This document shows, piece by piece, positions 49,042 through 57,930 of a stretch of 64,000 nt of DNA. Under the pieces are notes generated by a model. It was given only the letters and a program-made list of their open reading frames with translations. It searched no databases and was not told the origin of the DNA. Both the position numbers and the translations under genes were made by a program. Every line of letters begins with the position of its first letter. The stretch's first letter is position 1. The stretch comes from an uncultured Gemmatimonadales bacterium (GTDB lineage Bacteria > Gemmatimonadota > Gemmatimonadetes > Longimicrobiales > Longimicrobiaceae). The stretch is taken from NCBI GenBank assembly GCA_963716255.1, contig OY970303.1, positions 480,001-544,000 of the forward strand, given 5' to 3'.

Positions 49042-50103
49042 ATGACAACGCAACGCCGCTTTCAGATCTTCGTCGCGTCGACCTCCTGGGATCTCATCGC
49101 CGAGCGGCAAACGGTGGTGAGCGCGATTCTGGGTGCCCATCACTTTCCCGCGGGAATGGAATATTTCGCTGCGGAGCACCGACTCCCGACCGATCTGAGC
49201 AGGCAGTGGATTGAGGAATCCGACCTCTTCTGCTTACTGCTCGGACCCCGGTACGGCTCGATCGACCCAGAGTCTGGAAAGAGCTTCACGGAATGCGAAT
49301 ACGATCTCGCAATGTCACTGGGGAAGCACGTATGCGCGCTCGTTCTGGACGAGGCCTGGATCGATCGCAAGATCCGCGAATCCGATCGCCTGAAAGAGGA
49401 CCTCAGCCAACAGGACACCGTTGCATATCAGGCGTTTCGGAGCAAGGTCAAAGGTTTGCATGTTCGACCCGTCGGCTCCCCGGATGGCATCACGGCGGAA
49501 ATTTCGGGATGGACCAAAGCAGTAGAGGCCAGGGATGACATGAAAGGGTGGGTGCGAGTGGACAGCCACGACCTGTTCGCCCCCGAGCATTTGTACCTGA
49601 ATGGACCCTGGGTCGACGCCGCCTATCTGTCGAAACATGATTTTCCGCCCGACGGACTCGTCTGCTTTGGCAGCCGGTGCATGGTCGAGTGGAAGAGGGC
49701 AAGGCTTCACACGAAGGGATTCAACTATGATTACAAGGGTCGCCAGTGGGGATTCTATCAATCTGACAGTTCCGTTGGAACACCGCTCGACGTGGACTAC
49801 ACGTTCCGTTGGAACACACCGTGGGACCGGGAGTCCTCCAAGCTGGGATGCGGGAGGCTGAAGGTCATCAAGCCGCTGGACCATGCTGGCAACCAGGACG
49901 CGACTTATCGTGGATACTTCTTCACCGAGTCGTCTCTCAGGTTCCAGTACAAGGGCAGGAAGCTCCTCGACAAGGAGCAGGGCCTCCCTCCCGAAAAGGT
50001 CGTGCCTCGGTGGATGGAGCACCTGTCGCGCGAACTCGGGTGTCCGATCGCTACGCAGGAGCAGGTGGCCAGCGTGCTAGGCGGCAAGGGCGCTGTGTGG
50101 TGA
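49042..50103 (+). CDS. DUF4062-domain protein with an unknown beta-rich C-terminal domain
   Basis: FQIFVASTSWDLIAER, PAGMEYF, IEESDLF, GPRYGS, SFTECEYDLA; visibly lower GC. Confidence 0.82.
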   Translation: MTTQRRFQIFVASTSWDLIAERQTVVSAILGAHHFPAGMEYFAAEHRLPTDLSRQWIEESDLFCLLLGPRYGSIDPESGKSFTECEYDLAMSLGKHVCALVLDEAWIDRKIRESDRLKEDLSQQDTVAYQAFRSKVKGLHVRPVGSPDGITAEISGWTKAVEARDDMKGWVRVDSHDLFAPEHLYLNGPWVDAAYLSKHDFPPDGLVCFGSRCMVEWKRARLHTKGFNYDYKGRQWGFYQSDSSVGTPLDVDYTFRWNTPWDRESSKLGCGRLKVIKPLDHAGNQDATYRGYFFTESSLRFQYKGRKLLDKEQGLPPEKVVPRWMEHLSRELGCPIATQEQVASVLGGKGAVW

Positions 50104-50187
50104 GCCATACCCGCGCCGTGGAGATCTGCGCGTACGGCGGCGGTTGAGTCTTCCGCCACCGCCTCCGGCGTTGTAGATTTTGGGCGT

Positions 50188-50261
50188 GCCCTCGTAGCTC
50201 AGGTGGATAGAGCAAGACTTTCCTAAAGTCGAGGTCGCAGGTTCGAGTCCTGCCGAGGGCA
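50188..50261 (+). tRNA. tRNA-Arg(CCU)
   Basis: GCCCTCG/CGAGGGC acceptor stem, TAGCTCAG..GGATAGAGC D arm, GACT-TTCCTAA-AGTC anticodon arm, GGTTCGAGTCC; CCA not encoded. Confidence 0.94.
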
Positions 50262-50271
50262 CCTGAAGCCG

Positions 50272-50312
50272 AGCGGCCCCCTTCTCAACTGGGAGGGGGC
50301 CGCTTCTGTTTT
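50272..50312 (+). terminator. Rho-independent terminator after tRNA-Arg
   Basis: agcggccccc..gggggccgct followed by tctgtttt. Confidence 0.8.
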
Positions 50313-50773
50313 GCAGGATCTGAGATCCGGGCCGAAGCCACGCAGATCCGTCTATCCGATGCGCGGAGAGAGCTCCAGGCGCGCCGGGCGCGGGGCGACG
50401 CGGCGCGCACGCCCGACCTGTCGACGTTCTACACCCTCGTCCTACCCGAACGCGGTCGGCGGCGTGGCGGCCGACCTCCCGGGCGTGGAGGCGGCGTACC
50501 TGCAGGGCGCGGCGGCGACGGCCAGGAGGTCGGCTTCGCCGATCTTGAGCAGGGATGGACGCTGAATCACGAGGACCTGTTGGCGGCGGGCATCACGGTG
50601 ATCTCGGGGGTTCAACCACGCCTGCAAACCACACGGGACGGCGGTGCGGGGCGAGGGCTGGCCCGGAGCCCCGGTCGTCCCCCACGAGAAGCGCCCCGGC
50701 GGTCGCGACGACCGCCGGGGCCTGCCTTTCGGAGATCCGCACCCACCGGGACGGCCCGGGCCCACGGTGCCGG

Positions 50774-53700
50774 TCAGCTCTGGCACCCGGTGTTCTTGAT
50801 CATCCCGAAGATCCTGTGTGCCGCGGGGTTGGCGATGCCACCGGAGGCGTTGAGGGGGATGCGGCCGTACCGGTTGAGGGTGACCGACCCGTTCTCGTTG
50901 CCGCCGACGGTCTCCGCGAATCGGCCACCCGCGTTTTCCACGATCCGCACGACCAGGGTGCAGTGGGAGCTGCCCGACGGCCGGACGTTCTGCCGGTCAT
51001 GCGTGCCGTCCTGCCAGAAGGCCCGGCGCAGGTTGCTGTAGCTGTGCGTGGTCAACCGCCCGTCCACCTCGCGGTTCATGCACAGCAGGTCGCCAGGCTG
51101 GACGGTGGTCTCGTTGACGATCTCGAGGGAGTCGAGGAGCCAGAACGGACGGCTGGTGTCGCTCCGCTCGCGGTTGCGGAGCGCGCCCACGATGTAGTGG
51201 ATGTGCGCCCCGGCGAACTCGAAGCCGTGCGTCCGCCGCACCCCTGCCTGGCTCATCACGTAGCAGATGAATGCGGCGCTCCACGGGAAGTTGCGGTCGT
51301 TGCGCGCCGAGGCCGCCGCGGCCACCGCGGCGTTGGCCCCTGGGACCGCTCCCCAGTAACGCTGGAGCGCGGGAAGTCGTCCGGGATCGTTCTCCGGGAT
51401 CGGCGCGCCGTTGCGCATCCAGTCCGCCAGCTCGCGGAGCGCGACGCCGGCGATGGTCTGGCCCAGCATGCACCAGTTGATCCCCGGCGCGGCCTGGAGT
51501 GGGGCCGCGCCGGCCACGGGGTGCGCGGCGCGATAGACGCGCAGGGCGCGCGCCGCGTGGCCTCTACGGGTGGTGAAGACGGCCTGCACCCTGGGATGGG
51601 TACGGGGGAGGAGGGCGCCGTTCTCCAGCAGGCTTCCCGGCACCTCGAAGCGGTAGACGACCTCGTCGGCCGAGTCGTTCACCGTGACGTTCGCCTGGGT
51701 CACGAGCCGATGGACGGCCGCGTAGCCGTTCCGGAGCTCGCTTACCAAGTAGTCGAGCTGGGCATCCATGTTGAACAGGATCGCGGAGCCCAGCGCCCGG
51801 CTCTGGTAGCCGTGCCGGAACAGCCCCGCGCGACGGGCGGAGGAGGTCCACTGCGCCAGGCCGATCCCCGGCAGGCGCGGCCCCTGCTGGGCGGCCGGGC
51901 TGCGGTTCATCACCTCGTCCGCCGTGAAGTCCCTGGTGCCGCCGGCGAAGGCGGGCGCCCGCATGGGCGTGGCCGCCGCGCTCCCCTCGATGCGGCTGGG
52001 GAGGACGCCGGACTCGGCCCACAGGTTCCCCACCAGCCCCGCCGCGCCGTTCACCGGGAAGGCGTGCTGGTTCACCAGGCACTCCATCACGTACAGGATG
52101 CGGTCGTCCGCGCTCACCCGCGGCCAGTCGGCGGTGGGGCCGCTGGCCGGCACCGCTGCGGCCTGGAGGGCGAACGCGCCGTCCTCGCGGACCAGCGGGA
52201 CCACGCCGGGAGAGACTCCCGGGTCCTCCAGCGCCGCGGCGGACGGGTAGCGCTCGAAGAGGCCGAGCGGCGCGCCGTACGCGTGGCCCGTGGCGCTTCG
52301 CCCCGTGGCTTCGAAGCGCGCCGGGAAGCCGGCCGGGTTGTACTCCCAGTGCCAGGGCTCGCGCCGGTACGGGAACCAGCCGTGCTCGCGCCCATGCAGC
52401 GCCATCCACTTGTAGACGGGTGAGCGGTACATGGCGACGATGTTGCTCATGGGCCGCGTGGTGATCTCGCGGACGCTCAGCCCCGGCACGCTCAGCAGCA
52501 GGTCGATCGCCAGGCCGTAGCAGTGCGCGGAGACGCGCTGCGCCACGGCGCTGGCGTTGGGATTCTTCGCCGCCAGCCCCTGCTGCGTGGCCAGGCTGCG
52601 CCACGCCGAGCCGATGCGCAGCGTCACGCCGTCGGCGCGGGCGGCGGCGCGCATGGCCACGTACGCGTCCTTCGCGTCCGGGTAGAGGCGGAAGCGCGTC
52701 TCGTCCGGCACCGCCTGGACGACCGAGTCCACGTCATGGTAGCGGATGGAGGTGACGCGCCGCTCGGGCACCCGGGCGGCGAGCGCGTCGAAGAGCGCGG
52801 TGGGCTCCACCGAGCGGTTCTGGTCGTTGCCGGGGAAATCTGTCCGCGACCAGTCCACCCCGGAGAGGAAGTGGCTGCGGCGCGCGGCGTCGGAGATCAG
52901 CTCGATCCCCGAGCGGCCGGTGTCGGCGATCCACGATGCGACGGCGGAAGCCAGCGGCGCGCGGGCGGCCGGGGCGGCGGCCAGCCAGGCGCGGACGTCG
53001 TCGTCCACGGCCAGCGCCTCCACGTAGCCGTATCCGCCGTGGACGCCGGCGTATCCTGCACCTTGGCCGGCGCTGGCCGGCTCGGCCTCCTCCGCCGGGT
53101 AGGCGTCATCGTCCAGGGCATGGCCGTGTGCGGCGGGCGCCAGACGCACGCTGGCGCGGACGTCCTGCAGCAGCGTGGGTCCGAAGGTGCCGGGGATCTC
53201 GTCGTGCCCGACCGTGGTCGCCTCGGCGCGGTAGGCGTCGCGGAGCGCGTCGCCGGCGCGGGGGAGGGAGCGGCCCACCATCTCGGACGCGGTGCGGGTG
53301 CCTCTTCCGTACAGGATGCGCAGCCCCCCGCCCCGCGCGCGCAGGTCGCCGGCCCCGAGCGCGCGGTCGGCGGCGATGCGGGCGAGCGCCCACCCCTCGG
53401 CGTTGGCGCCCGAGCCGTAGAGAGCGTCGAAGACGTGCACCTCGTGCGGGTTGCAGGCCGCGCGCGAGCTTCTCCACCCCAGCAGCTCGTTGAGCGGCGA
53501 GCCGCCGCCGGAGTGAGCGGTGAGGATCAGCCGCGACGTCCGCGGCGCGCCGGAGGGGCGGCGCAGCACCTCGCGCGCGAACCAGGCGAGCGAGTAGGCG
53601 ATCAGCGCCTCCAGCCCCGCCCCGCTCCCGGCCAGGAGCGCCGGGAAAGTGTAGGCGTCCGGGCGCGGCCGGGACTTGCCCTGGGGAGCGTGATTGTACG

Positions 53701-54706
53701 CGTTGAGCCGGGTCTGGTACTCCTGGCTGGTGATCTTCCGCCCGCGCGGGACGATGCCGAGCGTCGGACGCGCACGGCCGCCCAGCCTGAGGCCGCTCTT
53801 CTCGGCCTTGCGGCGGGTCAGCGCCGCGTCGGGCTCCATCGACTGGTAGCCGTGCAGGTGCACCACGACATCGATCTCGGCGCAGGCGTCGGGGACTTCG
53901 TTCCAGACGAGATACAGGTTCTCGCCGGTGCCGCCATGGCCGCGGAGCGGGTCCGACGCCCCCGCCGTGGCGGTGTTCACGTACCGCTCGCCGGCGGCGA
54001 TGACGCCGAGCGCGACCGCCGAGGGCGAGCCGAAGACGGACTCGTACTCCTCGTGGTGGTGGGCCCGGCGGCCGTTGCCGTTGTGAATCATGACGTCCTC
54101 GCGGGGGGTGTCGGTGAAGGGAGGGAGGGAGACGCGGGGGCGGCCGTCGCGGCTCTCCCGCACGCGTGACCGCGAAGAGCCGCGACGGCCGCCCGCGTGG
54201 AGCACGTGCGCCTGCACGCCGATCAGGTCGCTTGCGGCGCGGAAGTTGGCGGCCAGCGTCCGCCAGGGGAGCGTGTAGCGCTCGCCCCTGCCGACGGGCC
54301 AGGGATCGTTGATGCGCACCCAGGTGCCGTCTGGTGTGCCGTCGCCGTGCATCCCGGCGACCACGATGGAGTGCAGCCCGGGGCTGGCCTCGCCCAGCCA
54401 GACGGGGCCGTAGCGGGCCAGGACGCGGCGCAGCGCCTCCCCCGTCCAGCTGTCGCGCCGCTCCTGGGTGAGCCCCCAGGCGCGGGCCAGCGCGTCCACG
54501 TCGGCCGGGTGGAGGCCGGCGCGGTACGCCTCCCACGTCCCGGAGCCGGTGGCCACCTTCTGCGGATCGACGAAGATCGAGTCGCGCCAGCCGATGATCA
54601 TCGCCGCGGCGGCGGCCCAGCAGCTCATCCCGGTCAGCTGCGGGACGAGCGGGACCTCGTTCCACACGTCGAAGCGGCGGGCGACGCGCGTTTCGGTCTC
54701 AGGCAT
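50774..54706 (-). CDS. Polyenzyme: papain-like Cys protease + alpha/beta-hydrolase + M15/VanY-like D,D-peptidase + phage-tail-lysozyme-like + DUF2272/CHAP-like domain
   Basis: Protease: PQLTGMSCWAA..HSIVV..INDPWP. Hydrolase: HLHGY..TAHSGGG..FDALYG. M15: SAWRS..SAHCYGLAIDL..EPWHWEY. Lysozyme: GLVGNLWAESG..GIGLAQWT..AQLDYLVSEL. CHAP-like: PWSAAFI..PGDLLC..SHC..GGN. ATG 54706 overlaps the upstream stop. Confidence 0.8.
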   Translation of the reverse strand: MPETETRVARRFDVWNEVPLVPQLTGMSCWAAAAAMIIGWRDSIFVDPQKVATGSGTWEAYRAGLHPADVDALARAWGLTQERRDSWTGEALRRVLARYGPVWLGEASPGLHSIVVAGMHGDGTPDGTWVRINDPWPVGRGERYTLPWRTLAANFRAASDLIGVQAHVLHAGGRRGSSRSRVRESRDGRPRVSLPPFTDTPREDVMIHNGNGRRAHHHEEYESVFGSPSAVALGVIAAGERYVNTATAGASDPLRGHGGTGENLYLVWNEVPDACAEIDVVVHLHGYQSMEPDAALTRRKAEKSGLRLGGRARPTLGIVPRGRKITSQEYQTRLNAYNHAPQGKSRPRPDAYTFPALLAGSGAGLEALIAYSLAWFAREVLRRPSGAPRTSRLILTAHSGGGSPLNELLGWRSSRAACNPHEVHVFDALYGSGANAEGWALARIAADRALGAGDLRARGGGLRILYGRGTRTASEMVGRSLPRAGDALRDAYRAEATTVGHDEIPGTFGPTLLQDVRASVRLAPAAHGHALDDDAYPAEEAEPASAGQGAGYAGVHGGYGYVEALAVDDDVRAWLAAAPAARAPLASAVASWIADTGRSGIELISDAARRSHFLSGVDWSRTDFPGNDQNRSVEPTALFDALAARVPERRVTSIRYHDVDSVVQAVPDETRFRLYPDAKDAYVAMRAAARADGVTLRIGSAWRSLATQQGLAAKNPNASAVAQRVSAHCYGLAIDLLLSVPGLSVREITTRPMSNIVAMYRSPVYKWMALHGREHGWFPYRREPWHWEYNPAGFPARFEATGRSATGHAYGAPLGLFERYPSAAALEDPGVSPGVVPLVREDGAFALQAAAVPASGPTADWPRVSADDRILYVMECLVNQHAFPVNGAAGLVGNLWAESGVLPSRIEGSAAATPMRAPAFAGGTRDFTADEVMNRSPAAQQGPRLPGIGLAQWTSSARRAGLFRHGYQSRALGSAILFNMDAQLDYLVSELRNGYAAVHRLVTQANVTVNDSADEVVYRFEVPGSLLENGALLPRTHPRVQAVFTTRRGHAARALRVYRAAHPVAGAAPLQAAPGINWCMLGQTIAGVALRELADWMRNGAPIPENDPGRLPALQRYWGAVPGANAAVAAAASARNDRNFPWSAAFICYVMSQAGVRRTHGFEFAGAHIHYIVGALRNRERSDTSRPFWLLDSLEIVNETTVQPGDLLCMNREVDGRLTTHSYSNLRRAFWQDGTHDRQNVRPSGSSHCTLVVRIVENAGGRFAETVGGNENGSVTLNRYGRIPLNASGGIANPAAHRIFGMIKNTGCQS

Positions 54707-57700
54707 GGCGGCCGTCCTCCGCAGGGACGGTGGAGCGGTCGTCCACCCGCCCGTCCGCGCCGATCGTCCGCGTGTCCCGAGCGGAGGAAGGCACGCTCTC
54801 GATGGCGGTCCCGCCGCCGATGGTGAGAACCACGGGGCCGCGGTAGTCGGCCGGCACCGTGGCGAGCGGTCCGGCCGTCGATCTGTCGCCGAAGGTCCAG
54901 GCAACTTCCACTTCGCCGGAGGAATCGAAGTCCGCCCAGAATCGGAAGCCTCCGGCGTGGCGCGCGGCGACGCGGCGCACGGGGATCACGGCGTGGATCG
55001 GTTCGCCGGGATCGTCCGGGGCGGTGTCGGCGTTCCAGCCGTCCGTCGCCGCCACGCGCACCCGGTCGAGCTCGCCGACCGTGAGCCGGCTGAACGGGAT
55101 CTCCGCGGAGTCCTGGCAGCCGCGCAGGCGGAGGACCGGACTCCATCCCCGTTCGCTTCCGACCTCGATCGTGGCGGAGGAGTGGGCGGAGCCGGAGTGG
55201 TCGTATCCGAAGGTGATCCGCTCCCCATCCATCTCCACCTCCGTGAGCTCCGGAGCGCCCGTCAGGCGGTCGACGCGGCGGACGGGCGGGACGGCGGACT
55301 CTTCGTCGTCGCAGAAGGCGTGGAAGCGCGGCGCGCCTTCGCGGCGCAGCTCCAGGGCGACCACGTCGTCGGAGACGGGGAGGAGGACGACGGCGCGCGC
55401 GGGGCGGTCGCCCGTCATCGCGCGCACCGGGGCGGAGGAGCGGACCCGGCCCGCGCGGTCGAGCCCGACGGCGCGGAGGTCGGTCGCGAACGGGGCGCCG
55501 GAGCCCGCGCCGCGCTCCTCGACGCGCAGCGGCTGGAGCCGCACGGAGCCGTCACCCTCCAGCGTCCCGACGATGCGGAGCCGGGTGGTGCGCGGCGCGG
55601 CAGAGGGCGGCTCGGCATCCAGCAGGTCACCGAGGGCGCCGGGGGTGGAGACGGCCACGGCGCGCGCGCCCTCCGCCGGCTCCATCCGGAAGAACTCCCT
55701 CGACGTCGGCGGGGTCGGGACGACGGCGACCCAGATCGACTCCTCGAAGCCGGGGCAGCGGGCGGCGAGCGCGTTCAGCCGTTCGAGGATCTCCAGCGTC
55801 ACCGGCACGTCGCGCCCCTCCGCCGCGCCGTCGAGCGACAGCTCCGCGTCGTCGATCCAGGCGGGCTCCGAAGCCTGCACGTCGATCCCCCGGTAGGAGC
55901 GCGCTTCCTCGACGGCCTCCACCACGTCGCCCGCGGACACGCGCCGCAGCTCGCGGCCGACCGCAGCAGGGCGCACGACCACCAGCGAGCGGGTGCGGAG
56001 CGGGGCGAAGCGGATGGGGCCGAAGTCCCGCCGGTCCTCGATCTCGCCGTCCGGGCCGCGATAGACCACGGTGCCGGTCAGCCCGTCCACGGCCAGCTTC
56101 CCGGGAAGGGCGGCGGTGGCGCAGCCGGCTTCGACCCGCATCCCGATCCTCGTTTCGCCGATGAGCAGGTCGGCGTGGCCGGGGGCGTCGGCAGCGGAGA
56201 GCAGGGCGGCGACCTGTGCCTCCACCCCTTCCACCAGCACGGGCCCGGAGACGCGGAGGTCGGCGCCGCGGACGTTGACCGCGCTCGGCGGCTGCGACCG
56301 GGCGGGGTTGCTTCCGCCGACGATCCTGAGCGGCACGGCGGGGACGCGGCCCGGCTGGGCGACGTCGACGCGGCGGATGCGGACGCGGACGCGCGCGGCC
56401 AGCTCCCGGCGCACCGGGCCGCCGCACGCGCCCTGGACCACCAGCACGAACGCCGCGCGCGAGTGGTCTTCCGGGGCCCTGATCTCCAGGTGCCCCTCCG
56501 CCTCCACCGCGCCCTGCTTCGGCTCGATGGAGACGGCGCGCGCGCCGGCCACGCGCCAGGAGAGCCGCAGCGCCCCGCCTGGGTCGACCACCCCGGGCGC
56601 CAGCGACGCCTCCAGGACCACGGGCGCGCCTCCGTCGAAGCGGGCCTGCGGCGAGCGCGGCGGCGTGGGCGGCCAGGGGAGGAGCGGGATGGATTCGACG
56701 GGGACGGGACCGCCGCGCAGCGCCGGCAGCGTGTCGTTCCGCTCGCTCCACGCCAGGCGCAGCGCCTCGCGCCCGCGGTTGCTGCGCTCCCGCAGCGCCG
56801 GGTCCGCGAAGCCGATCCACCCCGCGTGCGCGCCCTCGGGGACGATGACGCCGATGGTCCCGGCGGCGGCGTCCACCACCCCGGGGAGCTGCGAGACGGA
56901 CGGGTGCCCCTGCGCGGAGAACACCACCTCGGCCAGTTCCTCCTCCAGGAGCGGGAGGAAGTGGGCGGAGTCGAGAGCGCGCTCCGCGCTCGCGGGGACC
57001 TCACCGGCGGCGAGGAATAGGATCGGCCCGTCGCCGATCAGCGGCTCAACGCGGAGGGTGACGGGCGTGCCGGGGCAGGCGTCGCGCGGCTCCACCTCAA
57101 CGATGGAGCCGGTGCCGGCGGCGTCCCAGGTGGTCGCGATCACGTCCGAGACGACGTACTCGAACAGGAGCTCCAGGCACGCCCACCGCGCCCGCTCGCA
57201 GGGATCGGTGAGGAAGGAGGCGATGGAGGCAGAGAGGCGGCGGTCCTGCCCGTTGTCGCTCCTTCCGCCCAGCCCGGCAAGCAGCGCCTTCACCTGCGAC
57301 ACCGACATCCCGGCGGCCAGCGAGCGCGCGAGCGCCTCGGCCGGGCCGGCGGCGATCGCCAGCCCCAGCACGTTGTTGATCAGCGGCTCGGCGAGCCCGG
57401 CCGGCATCCCCACCCTCCCGGCGGCGAGCGCCACGATCACCAGCCCGCCCATGTCCACCACGCCGTCGTCGCACGGGACGGCTGGCACGCTGGCCGCGAA
57501 CAGGCTCGCGTTCCCGCCGTCGCCCATGACGGCGCGGATGGCCGCGAGCGGCGGCACCTGCGTGGCGGCGAGGGCCAGGAGGAGACGCAGGCGCTCGGCG
57601 GCCAGGACGTCGTCGCCCAGGGCGCCCCCGGCGTCCTTCGCCAGCGCCTCCAGGAGCGAGAGCGGCGCCAGGAGGAGGGCTCGCGCGCCGTCCAGCGCCG

Positions 57701-57815
57701 GGTCCTGGGCCACGGCCGCGTCCAGTGCCCCCAGCAGCGCCTCGTGGCGCCGCGGATCGAGCACCACCAGCCCCTCGGCAGCCGCGTTGCTCGCCATCAT
57801 CAGCGGATCAGACAT
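54699..57815 (-). CDS. Large hypothetical protein: helical N-terminus followed by several Ig/TIG-like beta-sandwich segments
   Basis: 1038-aa GC3-biased ORF; IVEVEPRDACPGTPVTL, PGGALRLSWRVAGA, VRVAATDGWN; no signal peptide, no HExxH. Confidence 0.7.
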   Translation of the reverse strand: MSDPLMMASNAAAEGLVVLDPRRHEALLGALDAAVAQDPALDGARALLLAPLSLLEALAKDAGGALGDDVLAAERLRLLLALAATQVPPLAAIRAVMGDGGNASLFAASVPAVPCDDGVVDMGGLVIVALAAGRVGMPAGLAEPLINNVLGLAIAAGPAEALARSLAAGMSVSQVKALLAGLGGRSDNGQDRRLSASIASFLTDPCERARWACLELLFEYVVSDVIATTWDAAGTGSIVEVEPRDACPGTPVTLRVEPLIGDGPILFLAAGEVPASAERALDSAHFLPLLEEELAEVVFSAQGHPSVSQLPGVVDAAAGTIGVIVPEGAHAGWIGFADPALRERSNRGREALRLAWSERNDTLPALRGGPVPVESIPLLPWPPTPPRSPQARFDGGAPVVLEASLAPGVVDPGGALRLSWRVAGARAVSIEPKQGAVEAEGHLEIRAPEDHSRAAFVLVVQGACGGPVRRELAARVRVRIRRVDVAQPGRVPAVPLRIVGGSNPARSQPPSAVNVRGADLRVSGPVLVEGVEAQVAALLSAADAPGHADLLIGETRIGMRVEAGCATAALPGKLAVDGLTGTVVYRGPDGEIEDRRDFGPIRFAPLRTRSLVVVRPAAVGRELRRVSAGDVVEAVEEARSYRGIDVQASEPAWIDDAELSLDGAAEGRDVPVTLEILERLNALAARCPGFEESIWVAVVPTPPTSREFFRMEPAEGARAVAVSTPGALGDLLDAEPPSAAPRTTRLRIVGTLEGDGSVRLQPLRVEERGAGSGAPFATDLRAVGLDRAGRVRSSAPVRAMTGDRPARAVVLLPVSDDVVALELRREGAPRFHAFCDDEESAVPPVRRVDRLTGAPELTEVEMDGERITFGYDHSGSAHSSATIEVGSERGWSPVLRLRGCQDSAEIPFSRLTVGELDRVRVAATDGWNADTAPDDPGEPIHAVIPVRRVAARHAGGFRFWADFDSSGEVEVAWTFGDRSTAGPLATVPADYRGPVVLTIGGGTAIESVPSSARDTRTIGADGRVDDRSTVPAEDGRHA

Positions 57816-57930
57816 CGTCCGTGCGGTTGGGGGAGACTACAAAGTGCCTGGTGTCCAGTGCCAGGTGCTTCCCGTGCCGACCAGGATCGCGGCTGCCGTC
57901 GGGCAGACATCCTGAAGGCGCGCTCCGCTG

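Noticed and set aside
50311..50770. Short ORFs between tRNA-Arg and the polyenzyme; possible att site
   Set aside because: No recognisable product, no integrase, and no duplicate of the tRNA 3' end seen in the window.
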